This document shows positions 20,551 to 30,998 of a stretch of DNA of 64,000 nucleotides, in pieces. Origin of the DNA: an uncultured Chloroflexia bacterium. Lineage in GTDB: Bacteria > Chloroflexota > Limnocylindria > Limnocylindrales > CSP1-4. Numbering within the stretch: the stretch's first letter is position 1; each line of letters begins with the position of its first letter. The notes under the pieces are model-generated. The model made no database searches and was not told the DNA's origin. It saw only the letters and a list, made by a program, of their open reading frames with translations. The translations under genes were made by a program, and so were the position numbers. Where the stretch lies: the NCBI GenBank assembly GCA_963833225.1, contig CAWHXD010000007.1:480001-544000 (forward strand), read 5' to 3'.

Positions 20551-21741
20551 TCAGGCCCGCTTGCGCGGCAGGTCCAGGAACGGCAGCTCGACGACGGTCG
20601 CTGCCACGCGGCCCCGGCGACCCTCGACCGTCCACTCCACCTGGAGCGCGGCGCCGATTCGCTCGTGGCGTGCCGGGACGAAGGCCAGCGCGATCGCCTG
20701 CTTGAGGATCGGGCTCCAGCCGTGCGAGGTGGACTTGCCGACCTGGCGGCCGTCGGCGAAGACCGGGACGGGCGAGCGGTCGACATACGGACTGAGCCCG
20801 GGCGGCAGGCCCTGGGCATCGAACAGGCCCTCGATGTCGTACCAGTCGAGCTGCAGGCCCACGAGGCGGCGGTCTGGCCCCCCGGCGGCGACCTCGGCGG
20901 CGAGCGCGCGGCGACCCACGTAGTCGCCCTTCTCGAACGACACGAGCTTGCCGAGCCCGAGCTCGAACGGGCTGTAGCTCTGCTCCGGGTTCATCGCGTG
21001 GCGAGCTGACGTGTAGTCGACGTCGAGCATGATCAGCCCGGCCTCGAGCCTCACGACATCGAGCGCGTCCATGCCGGCGGGGCGGATCGCGTACGCCTTG
21101 CCCGCGGCAAACAGCGCATCCCAGACATCAGGTGCGGATCCCGCCGGGATCCACAGCTCGTAGCCGAGGTCGCCCGTGTAGCCCGTCCGGCTGACGTCGA
21201 TCGCGACGCCGCCGATCATGGCCGCCCGACGGCGGAAGTACCGCAGGTCCTCGAAGCTCTCGCCGCTGGCGGCTTCCAGCACCGCCCGGCTGAAGGGACC
21301 TTGCAGGGCGAGCGCGGCCACCGTCTCGGAGACGTCCTCGATCTCGACTTCGAGCCCGGCGGCATTCATGGTGAGCCACCGGTACTGCGGGTCGGCCGCG
21401 GTCCAACGGAGCTCCTGCTCCCCGACGCGGTGCACCGTCCCGTCATCGATGACCTTGCCGTGCTCGTCGCACCACGGCGTGTAGAACACCTGGCCGACCT
21501 GCAGCCTCGACGCGTCACGGGTGATGACGCGGTCGGCGAGACGGAGGGCGTCGGGTCCGGTGACCCGGTACTTGTACAGCGGGCTGACATCGATGACGGC
21601 GGCCGCCTCGCGGATCGCGTTGTACTCGATGTCGTGGAAGTCGGCGTAGACGGAGGACGCGAAGTAGCCCGCCCACTCGCGCCACTGCATCTTCCGGTTC
21701 ATGGCCGCGGCGCGCGGATGGAACGGGGTGCCGACGCTCAC
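20551..21741 (-). CDS. Aminomethyltransferase (GcvT family, THF-binding), not the canonical glycine-cleavage T protein
   Basis: TPFHPR, EYNAIRE, DVSPLYK, GKVIDDG, SRTGYTGDLGYE, RLEAG; no gcvH/gcvP nearby. Confidence 0.9.
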   Translation of the reverse strand: MSVGTPFHPRAAAMNRKMQWREWAGYFASSVYADFHDIEYNAIREAAAVIDVSPLYKYRVTGPDALRLADRVITRDASRLQVGQVFYTPWCDEHGKVIDDGTVHRVGEQELRWTAADPQYRWLTMNAAGLEVEIEDVSETVAALALQGPFSRAVLEAASGESFEDLRYFRRRAAMIGGVAIDVSRTGYTGDLGYELWIPAGSAPDVWDALFAAGKAYAIRPAGMDALDVVRLEAGLIMLDVDYTSARHAMNPEQSYSPFELGLGKLVSFEKGDYVGRRALAAEVAAGGPDRRLVGLQLDWYDIEGLFDAQGLPPGLSPYVDRSPVPVFADGRQVGKSTSHGWSPILKQAIALAFVPARHERIGAALQVEWTVEGRRGRVAATVVELPFLDLPRKRA

Positions 21742-22022
21742 GAAGACCCTCCAGGCTGGTGACCGGCCAAAGTATGCAGGAGATCCCTGCCGACTGGACG
21801 GGGTGGCCCGATCGCGCTTCGGTCTCAGAGCGCCCTGACCGGGATGGTCCGAGCGGTCATGCGCTCGTCGCGGGATGGCGCCAGGTTGGTTCTCAGCAAG
21901 ACCTCAGGAACATGGCCGTACGATCAGCCGGGCTGCCGCTCGGTGGCTCTGACCGCCAAGCTGGGCCGCGGTCGCCATACCGGCGCAGCGACGCTCTGCG
22001 ATCTGTCCTGGGGTCACCCTCC

Positions 22023-22571
22023 ATGCGGCGTTCCATCTCTCTCGTCGTGGCGTCTGCGGCGTTCCTGGTGGCCGCCTGCGGCGGCGGCTCCGGCACGGCG
22101 CCGACGTCGGTCGCCGGAACGTCCGACGCACCGGTCGCATCGGACGCCGCTCCGGCGGGCGCAACGGGCGACCAGTTCGGCGGCGACGTCTGCTCCGCCC
22201 TGACCGGGGCCGATATCGAGGCTGCGACCTACCAGCAGGGCAAGGCGACGTTCGACAGCACGGACACGCAGAAGGACGCCAACGGCAATGCTGTCGTGTG
22301 CCAGTACCTCGTCACGTTTGGTGACAACCCCTCGGTCGTCGCCGCTGCCGTCACCTTGTTCGACGACAGCGAGGCGACCCATCGCAACCAGGTGTTGCTG
22401 ACCAGCTCGCCCGAGCCCGTCAGCGGCGTCGGGACCGACGCCAGCGTCGTGATGGCCGCCCCGGGCTGGTACGAGGTCTGGGTCACCGCAGCGCACGGCC
22501 AGTTCACCGTGGCGGCCCAGGACAAGGCGACCGCGATCGCCCTCGCGACGATCGCTGCAGGGCGGGACTAG
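22023..22571 (+). CDS. Lipoprotein (DUF3558-like Cys pattern)
   Basis: MRRSISLVVASAAFLVAAC lipobox; DVCSALT...VCQY; PVSGVG. Confidence 0.75.
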   Translation: MRRSISLVVASAAFLVAACGGGSGTAPTSVAGTSDAPVASDAAPAGATGDQFGGDVCSALTGADIEAATYQQGKATFDSTDTQKDANGNAVVCQYLVTFGDNPSVVAAAVTLFDDSEATHRNQVLLTSSPEPVSGVGTDASVVMAAPGWYEVWVTAAHGQFTVAAQDKATAIALATIAAGRD

Positions 22572-22799
22572 ACGTCGGTTCCCGCAAGCTCCCAGGCGGG
22601 ATCGGGACGTGCTGCCGCCACTGGACTGATGCCGGCCGAGCGCTGACAGCCGGGGATCGCTGCCGCCACGAACCTGCCCGATTGGGCACGCGAGTTGCAC
22701 CGTGGGCGCGCCGGCGAGCCCTACAGTGGACTCCAACGTTCGGAACGAGACATGAAGGCGCCGCGTCCCGGACGCCGGCGGCATGGGTGGTGGTCGCGA

Positions 22800-24467
22800 G
22801 TGTCAGATCTGGCGCGTCCGACAGGCGTGGAGCGGCGAGGCTCGACCGGCCACGGTGACGCACGCTCCTCGCCGGGGCCGGCCCCGGCATCTGCGCCGGT
22901 GTCGGCGGGCGCGGAGCTGGACGGCACGGCGAAGGGCCTGCTGCTTCTCCAGGCGGCGGCCGGGAACGGGGCGGTGACACGACTGCTTCAGCGGGTCGCG
23001 GCGATCCCTGGAGGCAGCCCGATGGGACGCCCGGGCCTGGCCGAGCCCGCCAGGGCAGCTGCGGTCACCCGCACGGCCCAGCGCGTCCCCCAGGAGACCA
23101 ATTCGGAGGTGCCGCCCGGTCTCCGTGGCAGCCGTCTCTCTGAGCTGGACGAGTTCCTCGACCGGTTCAACACGCCCGAGGACGAGGTCATCACCCTGCT
23201 CGGCGAGATGGACGGGAGCGACAGGCGCGCCGTGATCAGCCGCTACCGGGACCGTCTGGCGGACACTCTCGATGTGGGCGAGATGAAGCGTGCGGTCGTG
23301 AACCTGCGGGCGCCGCTCCGGGTCGCGCTCGACTGGATCGATGCCGCGGCCCTCATCACCCGTTCGATCGACTACGTGGAGATCCAGAGCCTGGTCACCG
23401 GCGCGTCCCAGGCCGAGCGCGACGCCGTCGCCACCAACCACTACCGCGACTTCTTCGTCAAGGTCTGCACCAACAACACCATGATCGCGGCGCTCAGGGA
23501 CCTGCGGTTCCCGTGGGCGACGGCCCGGCAGTGGGCGCGCGAGGAGGGCACCGAGACGTTGGACCTCGCACGCTCCCTGGCGAGCGCCGGTGTGATCCCC
23601 GTGTCCGGGCTCACGAGCTTCCTCGGGGCGGCCACCCGCGGCGCCACGGCGGCTCGAGAGCACCTGCGCAACCTGTCCGACGACGCGCTGGCCGAGCTGC
23701 GCACGAGCCCCGTCCCCGCCGACGTCATCCGGGACACGTTCGGGTCGAGGGCGGCGCCCGTGCTGCGCGTGCTCAACGGCGAGATCTCGTCCGGCGAGGC
23801 GAACGTCACCACCAGCGAGGACCTGCTGGCGGGCCCGACCACGGGCCCGTTCACGTCCATGCACTTCGGGGGCGACAACCGGTTCAACGTCGCCTACCGG
23901 CGCGACCGGGTGAACGTCAGCGTAGGGGTCGAGCTCACCGCGGCGGACGACCGCGCGCGGGAGCTGCTGCCGACGGCGAAGCAGATCTGGCTGCGCCGGA
24001 TCCGGGCCGCCTGGGGCAGCCGGTTCCGGCTCACCAACGGCCAGCGCACGATCCCGCTCCGGTTCATCATCAACCTCGACTCCGGCCCCAACCATGTCAA
24101 CGTCCACTCGGGGGTCTGGGCCTGGCCGAACCTCAATGCCGGCAACTGGTTCGCGCCCGATCACGAGCAGGTTCCCCAGCAGGAGGAGGCCGTGTCGCAG
24201 GCGCCCGTCCACGAGTTCGGCCACCTGATCGGCAACGTCGACGAGTACAACCGGACGGCCGAGCACTACGTCCAGGTGACCGGCCAGCCCGTGACCAGTG
24301 CCGGGACGGTCCCGGAGACCGACACGAAGGGAGTCACGCGGTACACGAACTCCCTGAGCCTGATGGGCTCAGGTTCCACCGTGGAACCGCGCCACATCGA
24401 CAACATCCTCGGCTGGGTGAACGCCAACCTGCGGACGGGTGAGCCCGCATTCCACGTCGCCACCTAG
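22800..24467 (+). CDS. Putative secreted effector: LQxxAGNxAV leader, helical repeats, C-terminal zinc metallopeptidase
   Basis: LLLLQAAAGNGAVTRLLQR; HEFGHLIGNVDEY with SLM Met-turn; start uncertain (22695, 22752 or 22800). Confidence 0.75.
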   Translation: MSDLARPTGVERRGSTGHGDARSSPGPAPASAPVSAGAELDGTAKGLLLLQAAAGNGAVTRLLQRVAAIPGGSPMGRPGLAEPARAAAVTRTAQRVPQETNSEVPPGLRGSRLSELDEFLDRFNTPEDEVITLLGEMDGSDRRAVISRYRDRLADTLDVGEMKRAVVNLRAPLRVALDWIDAAALITRSIDYVEIQSLVTGASQAERDAVATNHYRDFFVKVCTNNTMIAALRDLRFPWATARQWAREEGTETLDLARSLASAGVIPVSGLTSFLGAATRGATAAREHLRNLSDDALAELRTSPVPADVIRDTFGSRAAPVLRVLNGEISSGEANVTTSEDLLAGPTTGPFTSMHFGGDNRFNVAYRRDRVNVSVGVELTAADDRARELLPTAKQIWLRRIRAAWGSRFRLTNGQRTIPLRFIINLDSGPNHVNVHSGVWAWPNLNAGNWFAPDHEQVPQQEEAVSQAPVHEFGHLIGNVDEYNRTAEHYVQVTGQPVTSAGTVPETDTKGVTRYTNSLSLMGSGSTVEPRHIDNILGWVNANLRTGEPAFHVAT

Positions 24468-24477
24468 GATGGGCGGG

Positions 24478-25242
24478 ATGAGTGAGCACACCGCGCGACT
24501 GGCGTTCCCGCTGGTGTTCGCCGTCTCCGGGGCCAGCCCCAAGGTCGACCTGACCCTGCGCGTCCAGGAGGACGGCAGCTTCGTCGTGGACGTGATGACC
24601 GAGCGGTCGCTCGCGCAGCAGCCGCCGGCCCGGCTCGGCAGCTTCCGGGGCCGGCTGCCGGCAGCGACGCTCGACACGCTGGCCGCGGTGATCATCTCGT
24701 CCCGTGATCGCGGTCCAGCCGCGGCGGCCCCGGTGGGGCTGCCGCCGGGTGCGGTCGCGCGCCTCGTCTCGGCGGGCGAGGAAGCGCCGGTGCCGGCCGT
24801 CGGGGAGGAGGCGCTGCTCACGTCGCTCGACCAGCAGATCGCCGAGGCGGCGTCGAGCGCGCTGGCGGATCCCGTGGCGGCCATCGTGGCGGAAGCGCGC
24901 GAGGGCGGCGAGGGTCCCATGCTCGCGCTGACCGCGACCGGCAGCGAGCCGTTCCGGCTGCTGCTGTTCGCGTCGGACACGCCCGGGTTCTGGGTGCGGA
25001 CATGGATTGACACCCCGGCGGGCCAGGAGCAGCTGGCCTACGAGGCCGTGGAGCGCCTGGTCACCGCGGGCGCCATCCCGGACGGGCCTGTTGACCTGCA
25101 GCCGGGTGGCGAGATCACCGTCCCGCTCCCGTCGGGGGCGGAGCCGGGTTCGGCAGGGGGCTTCATCGCCTGGCGGGCCGGGCAGGGTCCGGAGCGGCGG
25201 ATCGTGACCGCGTCATGGGCGCTGGCCCCCACGCGAACCTGA
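24478..25242 (+). CDS. Hypothetical protein, candidate immunity/partner of upstream metallopeptidase
   Basis: Good high-GC codon usage; 10 nt after upstream stop; TAGGAT -10 seven nt before ATG. Confidence 0.6.
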   Translation: MSEHTARLAFPLVFAVSGASPKVDLTLRVQEDGSFVVDVMTERSLAQQPPARLGSFRGRLPAATLDTLAAVIISSRDRGPAAAAPVGLPPGAVARLVSAGEEAPVPAVGEEALLTSLDQQIAEAASSALADPVAAIVAEAREGGEGPMLALTATGSEPFRLLLFASDTPGFWVRTWIDTPAGQEQLAYEAVERLVTAGAIPDGPVDLQPGGEITVPLPSGAEPGSAGGFIAWRAGQGPERRIVTASWALAPTRT

Positions 25243-25406
25243 ACCGCGCGCCCGCCGGGATGTCGGCGCTCTCCCGCATGGCCCCGCGACGTCATCCACC
25301 AGGGCCAGGGTCTCCTCCGGGACGTGTCGGCTAGACTGCATGCACGTGATGCAGGTTGGATAGCGACCGCGACCAGCGCGTCGCCTGGACCGACTGGAGG
25401 GTGGGC

Positions 25407-27047
25407 GTGCCGCAGCGCTACGACGCGGTGATCATCGGCGGAGGGCACAACGGGCTCATCTCCGCCGCGTACCTGGCCCGCGCCGGCCTCAAGGTCGTGG
25501 TGCTCGAGCGCCGGCACGTCCTGGGCGGCGCCGCGGTGACCGAGGAGATCGTCCCCGGGTTCCGGTTCTCGGTTGCGAGCTACGTCGTGAGCCTGCTTCG
25601 GCCGGAGATCATCCGGGACCTGCAGCTGCCGAAGTTCGGGCTGGACATCCTCCCGCTCGACGGCACCTTCACCCCGCTGCGCAAGGGCGAGGGCCCCGGC
25701 TCGACCAAGCGCAAGCCGGTCGGCGACTACCTGTGGCGGGTCAACGACCATGGCCGGACCATCCGCGAGCTGCGTCGCTGGAGCAAGAACGACGCCGAGG
25801 CGTACGAGGAGTACGGCCAGCTCATGGTGGACATGGCCCGGTTCATCAAGCCAATCCTGGGGATCGTGCCCCCTGACCCCACCGACAACGACCCTCGCCC
25901 GCTGCTGCCGCTGGCCAGCCTGGCCCGCCGGTTCGCGCAGCTGCCCGAGCGCCAGCAGGCCGTGTTCGTCCAGCTGATGACGATGTCGGCCAAGGACTTC
26001 CTGGACCAGTGGTTCGAGACGGACCCGCTCAAGGCCACGATGTCCGCGTCCGGGATCATCGGCACCTACCAGGGGATCAACTCGCCGGGCACGGCCTACG
26101 TCCTGCTCCACCACTACATGGGCGAGATCGACGGCGCCTTCCGCGCCTGGGGCATCCCCAAGGGCGGCACCGGCGGCGTCTCCTACTCGATCGCCCGTGC
26201 CGCGCAGGCGCTGGGCGCCGAGATCCGCACCGAGGCCCCGGTCGCGCGGATCGTCGTCAACAACGGCAAGGCCACCGGCGTCGCCCTCGAGAGCGGCGAG
26301 GAGATCGAGGCCTCGGTCGTCCTCTCCTCGGCCGACGCCAAGGTCACCTTCCTCGACCTCCTCGAGCCCGGCTCCCTTCCCCCCGAGTTCGAGCAGGAGA
26401 TCCGCCGCTTCAAGTTCCGGGGCAGCTCGGGCAAGGTCAACCTCGCGGTGGACCGGCTGCCGGACTTCACCTGCCTGCCGGGCGAGGGCGAGCACCTCCG
26501 CGGCGCCATCAGCTTCAGCCCGTCAACCCGGGAGATGGAGCAGGCGTACGACGACGCGAAGTACGGGCACTGGAGCCACCGCCCGTACGTGGACATGATC
26601 ATCCCCACCCTCGTGGACCCGCAGATGGCGCCGCCCGGCAAGCACGTGATCAGCTGCTTCGTCCAGTACGCGCCCTACAAGCTGGCGCCCGAGCTGGGGA
26701 CCTGGGACGACAACGGCAACCGGGAGGCGTTCGGAGACGCGGTGGTCAACCGGATCGCCGAGTTCGCCCCCAACATCCGGGACATCATCATCGGCCGCCA
26801 GGTCCTCACCCCGCTCGACATCGAGCGGACGATGGGCCTCACGGAAGGCAACATCTTCCAGGGTGAGCTCACCCTGGAGCAGCTGTTCTTCAACCGGCCG
26901 GTGCCCGGCTACGCGCGGTTCCGCACCCCCGTCCAGGGCCTGTGGCTGTCGGGCTCGTCCACGCACCCCGGCGGCGGTCTGATGGGCGCGAACGGGCGCC
27001 TGGCCGCGCTCGAGGTCCTCAAGTCCCGCGGCCGGAAGGTGGCCTGA
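25407..27047 (+). CDS. FAD-dependent oxidoreductase, phytoene dehydrogenase-like (PYROXD2-like)
   Basis: IIGGGHNGL, LERRHVLGGA, GNIFQG, THPGGG; SD ggagg before GTG. Confidence 0.92.
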   Translation: MPQRYDAVIIGGGHNGLISAAYLARAGLKVVVLERRHVLGGAAVTEEIVPGFRFSVASYVVSLLRPEIIRDLQLPKFGLDILPLDGTFTPLRKGEGPGSTKRKPVGDYLWRVNDHGRTIRELRRWSKNDAEAYEEYGQLMVDMARFIKPILGIVPPDPTDNDPRPLLPLASLARRFAQLPERQQAVFVQLMTMSAKDFLDQWFETDPLKATMSASGIIGTYQGINSPGTAYVLLHHYMGEIDGAFRAWGIPKGGTGGVSYSIARAAQALGAEIRTEAPVARIVVNNGKATGVALESGEEIEASVVLSSADAKVTFLDLLEPGSLPPEFEQEIRRFKFRGSSGKVNLAVDRLPDFTCLPGEGEHLRGAISFSPSTREMEQAYDDAKYGHWSHRPYVDMIIPTLVDPQMAPPGKHVISCFVQYAPYKLAPELGTWDDNGNREAFGDAVVNRIAEFAPNIRDIIIGRQVLTPLDIERTMGLTEGNIFQGELTLEQLFFNRPVPGYARFRTPVQGLWLSGSSTHPGGGLMGANGRLAALEVLKSRGRKVA

Positions 27048-27049
27048 CA

Positions 27050-28664
27050 ATGGCGAGCACGATGAACCCGTACGACGCGATCGTCGTCGGCGCCGGACAC
27101 AACGGCCTGACCGCGGCCGCCTACATGGCCAGGGCCGGGCTGCGGGTCCTGGTGCTCGAGGCGCGCCCGATCGTGGGTGGCGCCGCCGTGACGGAGGATC
27201 TGGGTGGGGTTCGCGTGCCGTCCCTCGCCCACACGGTCGGGCGGCTCAAGCCGTCCGTCGCCCGGGAGCTGGACCTCGCCTCGCACGGCCTGTCGCTGGT
27301 CGCCCCAGAGGTCCGGGTCTTCGCGCCGCAGGCGGACGGCCGCGCGGTGACGCTGTACGCGGACCTCGCCAGGAGCGTCGAGGCGCTGCGCGTGTTCTCC
27401 GAGGATGACGCGACCGCGTTCGTGGAGTACGACCGCCGGGTTCGGTCCCTGTCGCAATTCCTCGCCGACCTCGGTGAGGAGGCCCCGCCGGACATCGCCG
27501 GCCCGGGATTCGGTGACGCGCTCCTTGGCCTGCGCCTGGGCCGCGCGTTCCGAGGGCTTGGCAAGCACGACGGCCGCACGATCCTGCGGGTGCTCGCGAT
27601 GGCCGCCGCCGATTTCGTGGCCGAGTCGTTCGGGTCCGAGCCGATCCGGGCGACGACCGCGTGGCGTGGCGTGCGCTACACCGCGATGGGCCCGTGGTCC
27701 GCGGGCACGACCTCCGTGCTGCTCGCGGACGCCGCCGGCAACGACGGTGGGGCCGCGGGCGAGACCGTGTTCGCCAGGGGTGGACCGGGCGCGCTCTCGG
27801 ACGCGCTGGCGTCCGCGGTTCGCGCGGCCGGCGGCGAGATCCGGTGCGACGCGAGGGTCGTCGCGGTGACCACGACCGACGGTGCCGTCACCGGCGTCGC
27901 GCTCGCCTCGGGCGAGGAGATCGCGGCGCCCGCCGTCGTCTCGGGTCTCGATCCCAAGCGCCTGCTCACGTCGCTCGTCGACCCGGTCACGGTGGGGCCG
28001 TCGATGCGCTGGCGCGCCGGCAACATCCGGACCCCGGGCACCGTGGCCAAGGTCAACCTCGGTGCTGGATGGCCTGCCCGATTTCCCCTCGACCGAGGGC
28101 GACATCCGCAAGCTCCGCGGCCGGATCCAGGTCGGGACGACGTCCATCGACCACGTCGAGCGGGCGTTTGACGCCAGCAAGTACGGGCTCCTGCCAGCAT
28201 CGCCGGTCCTCGAGGTCACCATCCCGTCGCTGGTGGACCCGTCGCTGGTCGCCGGGGCGCCCGAGGGGACCCAGGTGATGAGCGTGCTGATGCAGTGGAT
28301 GCCGCCGAAGCTCACGGCGGACGACTGGGCCGGACGCCGCGACGAGGTCGGCGACCTGGCCGTCAAGGCGCTCGAGACGGTGGCGCCGGGTCTCGGCTCC
28401 CGGGTCACGGCCCGCCAGGTGCTGACGCCGGCGGACCTCGAGGCCGAGTACGGGCTCTCCGGCGGTCACCCGCTCCACGCCGAGCCCGCGCTCGACTCGT
28501 TCTTCCTGTGGCGCCCGCTCCTCGGCTGGGCCCGCTACCGGATGCCGGTGGACGGGCTGTACCTCGCCGGGTCCGGGGCGCACCCGGGCGGTGGCGTCAC
28601 CGGCGTTCCCGGGCGCAACGCCGCCCGCGAGGTGATCACGGATCGCAAGAAGCGCCGGAGATAG
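27050..28664 (+). CDS. Second phytoene dehydrogenase-like FAD oxidoreductase; +1 frameshift near 28061 (probable error)
   Basis: VVGAGHNGL in first frame; PVLEVTIPSLVDP, GGHPLH, AHPGGGVTG in second frame. Confidence 0.88.
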
Positions 28665-28686
28665 GCGCCGCCCGTGAGGAGAGTCC

Positions 28687-29751
28687 CTAGCGGCGGTCCA
28701 TGCGTGCCTCGTCGCTGAGGCGCTGCTCCTCGGCGCGGCTGGACTCCGGGACCGCGTCGGGGCCGGCTTCGCGCTCCAGCGACCAGTCCCACTCGCGCAG
28801 CTGGCGGAGCAGGCGTCGGCCGGTCAGATCGAGATGGATCGGGGTCACGGATATCCGCCGGTTCACGACGGCCGTGAAGTCCGTGCCGGGGACCGAGATC
28901 CCGGATGGCGGCGGCCCACCGATCCAGTAGTAGGGCAGTCCGCGAGGGTCGAAGCGACGGATCAGCTCGTCTTGGTAGACGCGTTTGCCGACCCGGGTGA
29001 CCTCGAAGCCGCCGCACTCCTCGATCGGGACGGCGGGCACGTTGACCGACAGCAGCTCGCCCCGCCGGAGTCCGTGCTCGAGGACGTTTCGCGCGACCAC
29101 GGCCGCAGCCGTTGCCGCAAGCGCGAAGTCGATGTGCTCCTCGTACTCCTGGCTGATCGCGAACGCGGGGCAGTTGTTGATGACGGCTTCCATCGCGGCC
29201 GAGACGGTCCCCGAGTACGTGATGTCGTCACCCAGGTTGGCGCCGTAGTTGATGCCCGACGCCACCAGGTCAAAGCGATCGTCGAAGAAGCCGAGGAAGG
29301 CAAGGGAGACGCAGTCCGTCGGGGAGCCGTCCACGGAGTAGCCGGTCGAGCCGTCGGCGAGCGTCCGCTCCCGGACGCGCAGCGGGCGCATCAGCGTCTT
29401 GGTGTGACCCACCGCGGACTGGTTGAGATCGGGGGCCACGACCGTCACGTCGCCGATCGGGTCGAGCGCGAGCTTGAGCGCCAGGATCCCCCGCGATTCG
29501 ATGCCGTCGTCGTTGGTGACCAGGATTCGGGGACGGCTGGTCCATGACCCGAGCGGACGCCCGATGCGCTTGAGGGCACGTCGCTTCCCGCGCGGCCCGG
29601 CGACGGGCTCGCCCCGCTCCTTGTCCAGGTCGCGTCGCTCCGAGCGGGCCCGCTCGCGGGTCATCTCGGGGGCGTCGGGCGTCACCGCGCCCTCGCCGTC
29701 GTCGCCGGCCGCGCGGTCCTCGCCCTCGCGGTCGTCACGGTCGTCGCTCAT
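28687..29751 (-). CDS. surE: 5'/3'-nucleotidase SurE with charged N-terminal extension
   Basis: ILVTNDDG, NQSAVG, GSPTDCV, SGINYGANLG, YSGTV. Confidence 0.95.
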   Translation of the reverse strand: MSDDRDDREGEDRAAGDDGEGAVTPDAPEMTRERARSERRDLDKERGEPVAGPRGKRRALKRIGRPLGSWTSRPRILVTNDDGIESRGILALKLALDPIGDVTVVAPDLNQSAVGHTKTLMRPLRVRERTLADGSTGYSVDGSPTDCVSLAFLGFFDDRFDLVASGINYGANLGDDITYSGTVSAAMEAVINNCPAFAISQEYEEHIDFALAATAAAVVARNVLEHGLRRGELLSVNVPAVPIEECGGFEVTRVGKRVYQDELIRRFDPRGLPYYWIGGPPPSGISVPGTDFTAVVNRRISVTPIHLDLTGRRLLRQLREWDWSLEREAGPDAVPESSRAEEQRLSDEARMDRR

Positions 29752-30998
29752 GCAGGCTCCGTTCCCGCTTCCTCCTCGGGCGCCTGGACGGGGTGCGCCT
29801 GGAGCGTCTTCGCCGCCAGCACCTCGTCAACATCCTCGTCCACGCCGGGTACCGGCTCGCGCGGCCGGCGAACGGCGCGACCCTCACGCCGCGCGATGCG
29901 CTTCGCGGCCCGGTCCGCCACGGAGCCATGCTCCTGCGAGCGGGCCACCCAGTGGAAGAACAGGGCAGAGATCACGGCGGCGATCGGGATGCCAAAGATC
30001 GCGCCGGCGATGCCGGCGACCCGCAGGCCGACGACCACCGATCCGAGCACCACGATCGGGTGGATGCCAACGGCACCGGCCATCAGGCGTGGCTGGAGGA
30101 CGTTCATGGTCACGAACCAGGCGATCGCCATCAGGATCAGGACCGGCAGCACGGGGCCATTCGGTGTCAGCAGCGCGACCAGGACGGGGGGTCCCCAGGA
30201 CACGAACGGGCCGAAGAACGGGATCATCTGCAGCAGACCCGCGATGACCGTCGTCACCGCCGCGTACTGCAGCCCGAAGCCGATGTTGATGACGGCGGTG
30301 AACACGCCGAACACGAAGCCCATGATCAGCTGGCCGCGGAGGAACCCGCCGAAGGAGCGCGCCACGCTGGCCTGGAGCACCTTCGCCTGTGGCACGTACG
30401 CCGGCGGGACCAGGCGGAACAGGAAGGCCATGATGTCGCCACGATCGAGGGCCATGTAGATCGACAGGATCACGAGGATCAGGATGTTGCCCAGGATCCC
30501 GATGCTCGCGACCGCGACCGACTGGAGGGGCTGGATCAGCTCTCCGGCGAAGACCTGCAGGTTGCGCACGATCTCCGGGGCCTGCCCGACCAGATCCACG
30601 TTGAGGCCGAACGACATGAGGCGTGCCTGCAGCTCCGAGAGGAGGGAGGCGAGCTCCGCTTCGAGCGTTGGGGCATCGCGGATGAACTGGGTGATCGAGG
30701 CGAGCAGCGAGGACGAGAGCTGGATGATGATCCCGACCACGATCCCCACGATCGCGACGTAGACGAGGATCACGGCGGCCGCCTGCGGGACCATCGGCAC
30801 CCTCGCCACGGCCTTGATCAGCGGCAGCAGGGCGAACGCCAGCAGCCACGCCAGGAAGAACAGCAGGATGATGTCGCCAAAGGCGGTGAGGACCGTGCCC
30901 GCGTCGCTGACGACCACGAACGCGAGCGCGACGACCGCCAGGATGAGGACCGCATCCAGCAGCCGGCGCTGGCGTTCCGTGAGCAGCTCGTCGGGCAT
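29748..30998 (-). CDS. AI-2E family transporter
   Basis: Multiple TMs; FLRGQ, IPFFGP, LQPRLM, IHPIVV, GAIFGIP. Confidence 0.9.
   Translation of the reverse strand: MPDELLTERQRRLLDAVLILAVVALAFVVVSDAGTVLTAFGDIILLFFLAWLLAFALLPLIKAVARVPMVPQAAAVILVYVAIVGIVVGIIIQLSSSLLASITQFIRDAPTLEAELASLLSELQARLMSFGLNVDLVGQAPEIVRNLQVFAGELIQPLQSVAVASIGILGNILILVILSIYMALDRGDIMAFLFRLVPPAYVPQAKVLQASVARSFGGFLRGQLIMGFVFGVFTAVINIGFGLQYAAVTTVIAGLLQMIPFFGPFVSWGPPVLVALLTPNGPVLPVLILMAIAWFVTMNVLQPRLMAGAVGIHPIVVLGSVVVGLRVAGIAGAIFGIPIAAVISALFFHWVARSQEHGSVADRAAKRIARREGRAVRRPREPVPGVDEDVDEVLAAKTLQAHPVQAPEEEAGTEPA

Noticed and set aside
20551-21741. Canonical glycine cleavage gcvT with glycine riboswitch
   Set aside because: No gcvH or gcvP and no riboswitch pattern upstream; sequence is divergent
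21760-25330. Mobile element carrying the effector genes
   Set aside because: No integrase, transposase, terminal repeats or target-site duplication detected by eye
25407-28664. Carotenoid biosynthesis (crtI/crtO)
   Set aside because: No crtB, crtE or crtY nearby; the family has many non-carotenoid members
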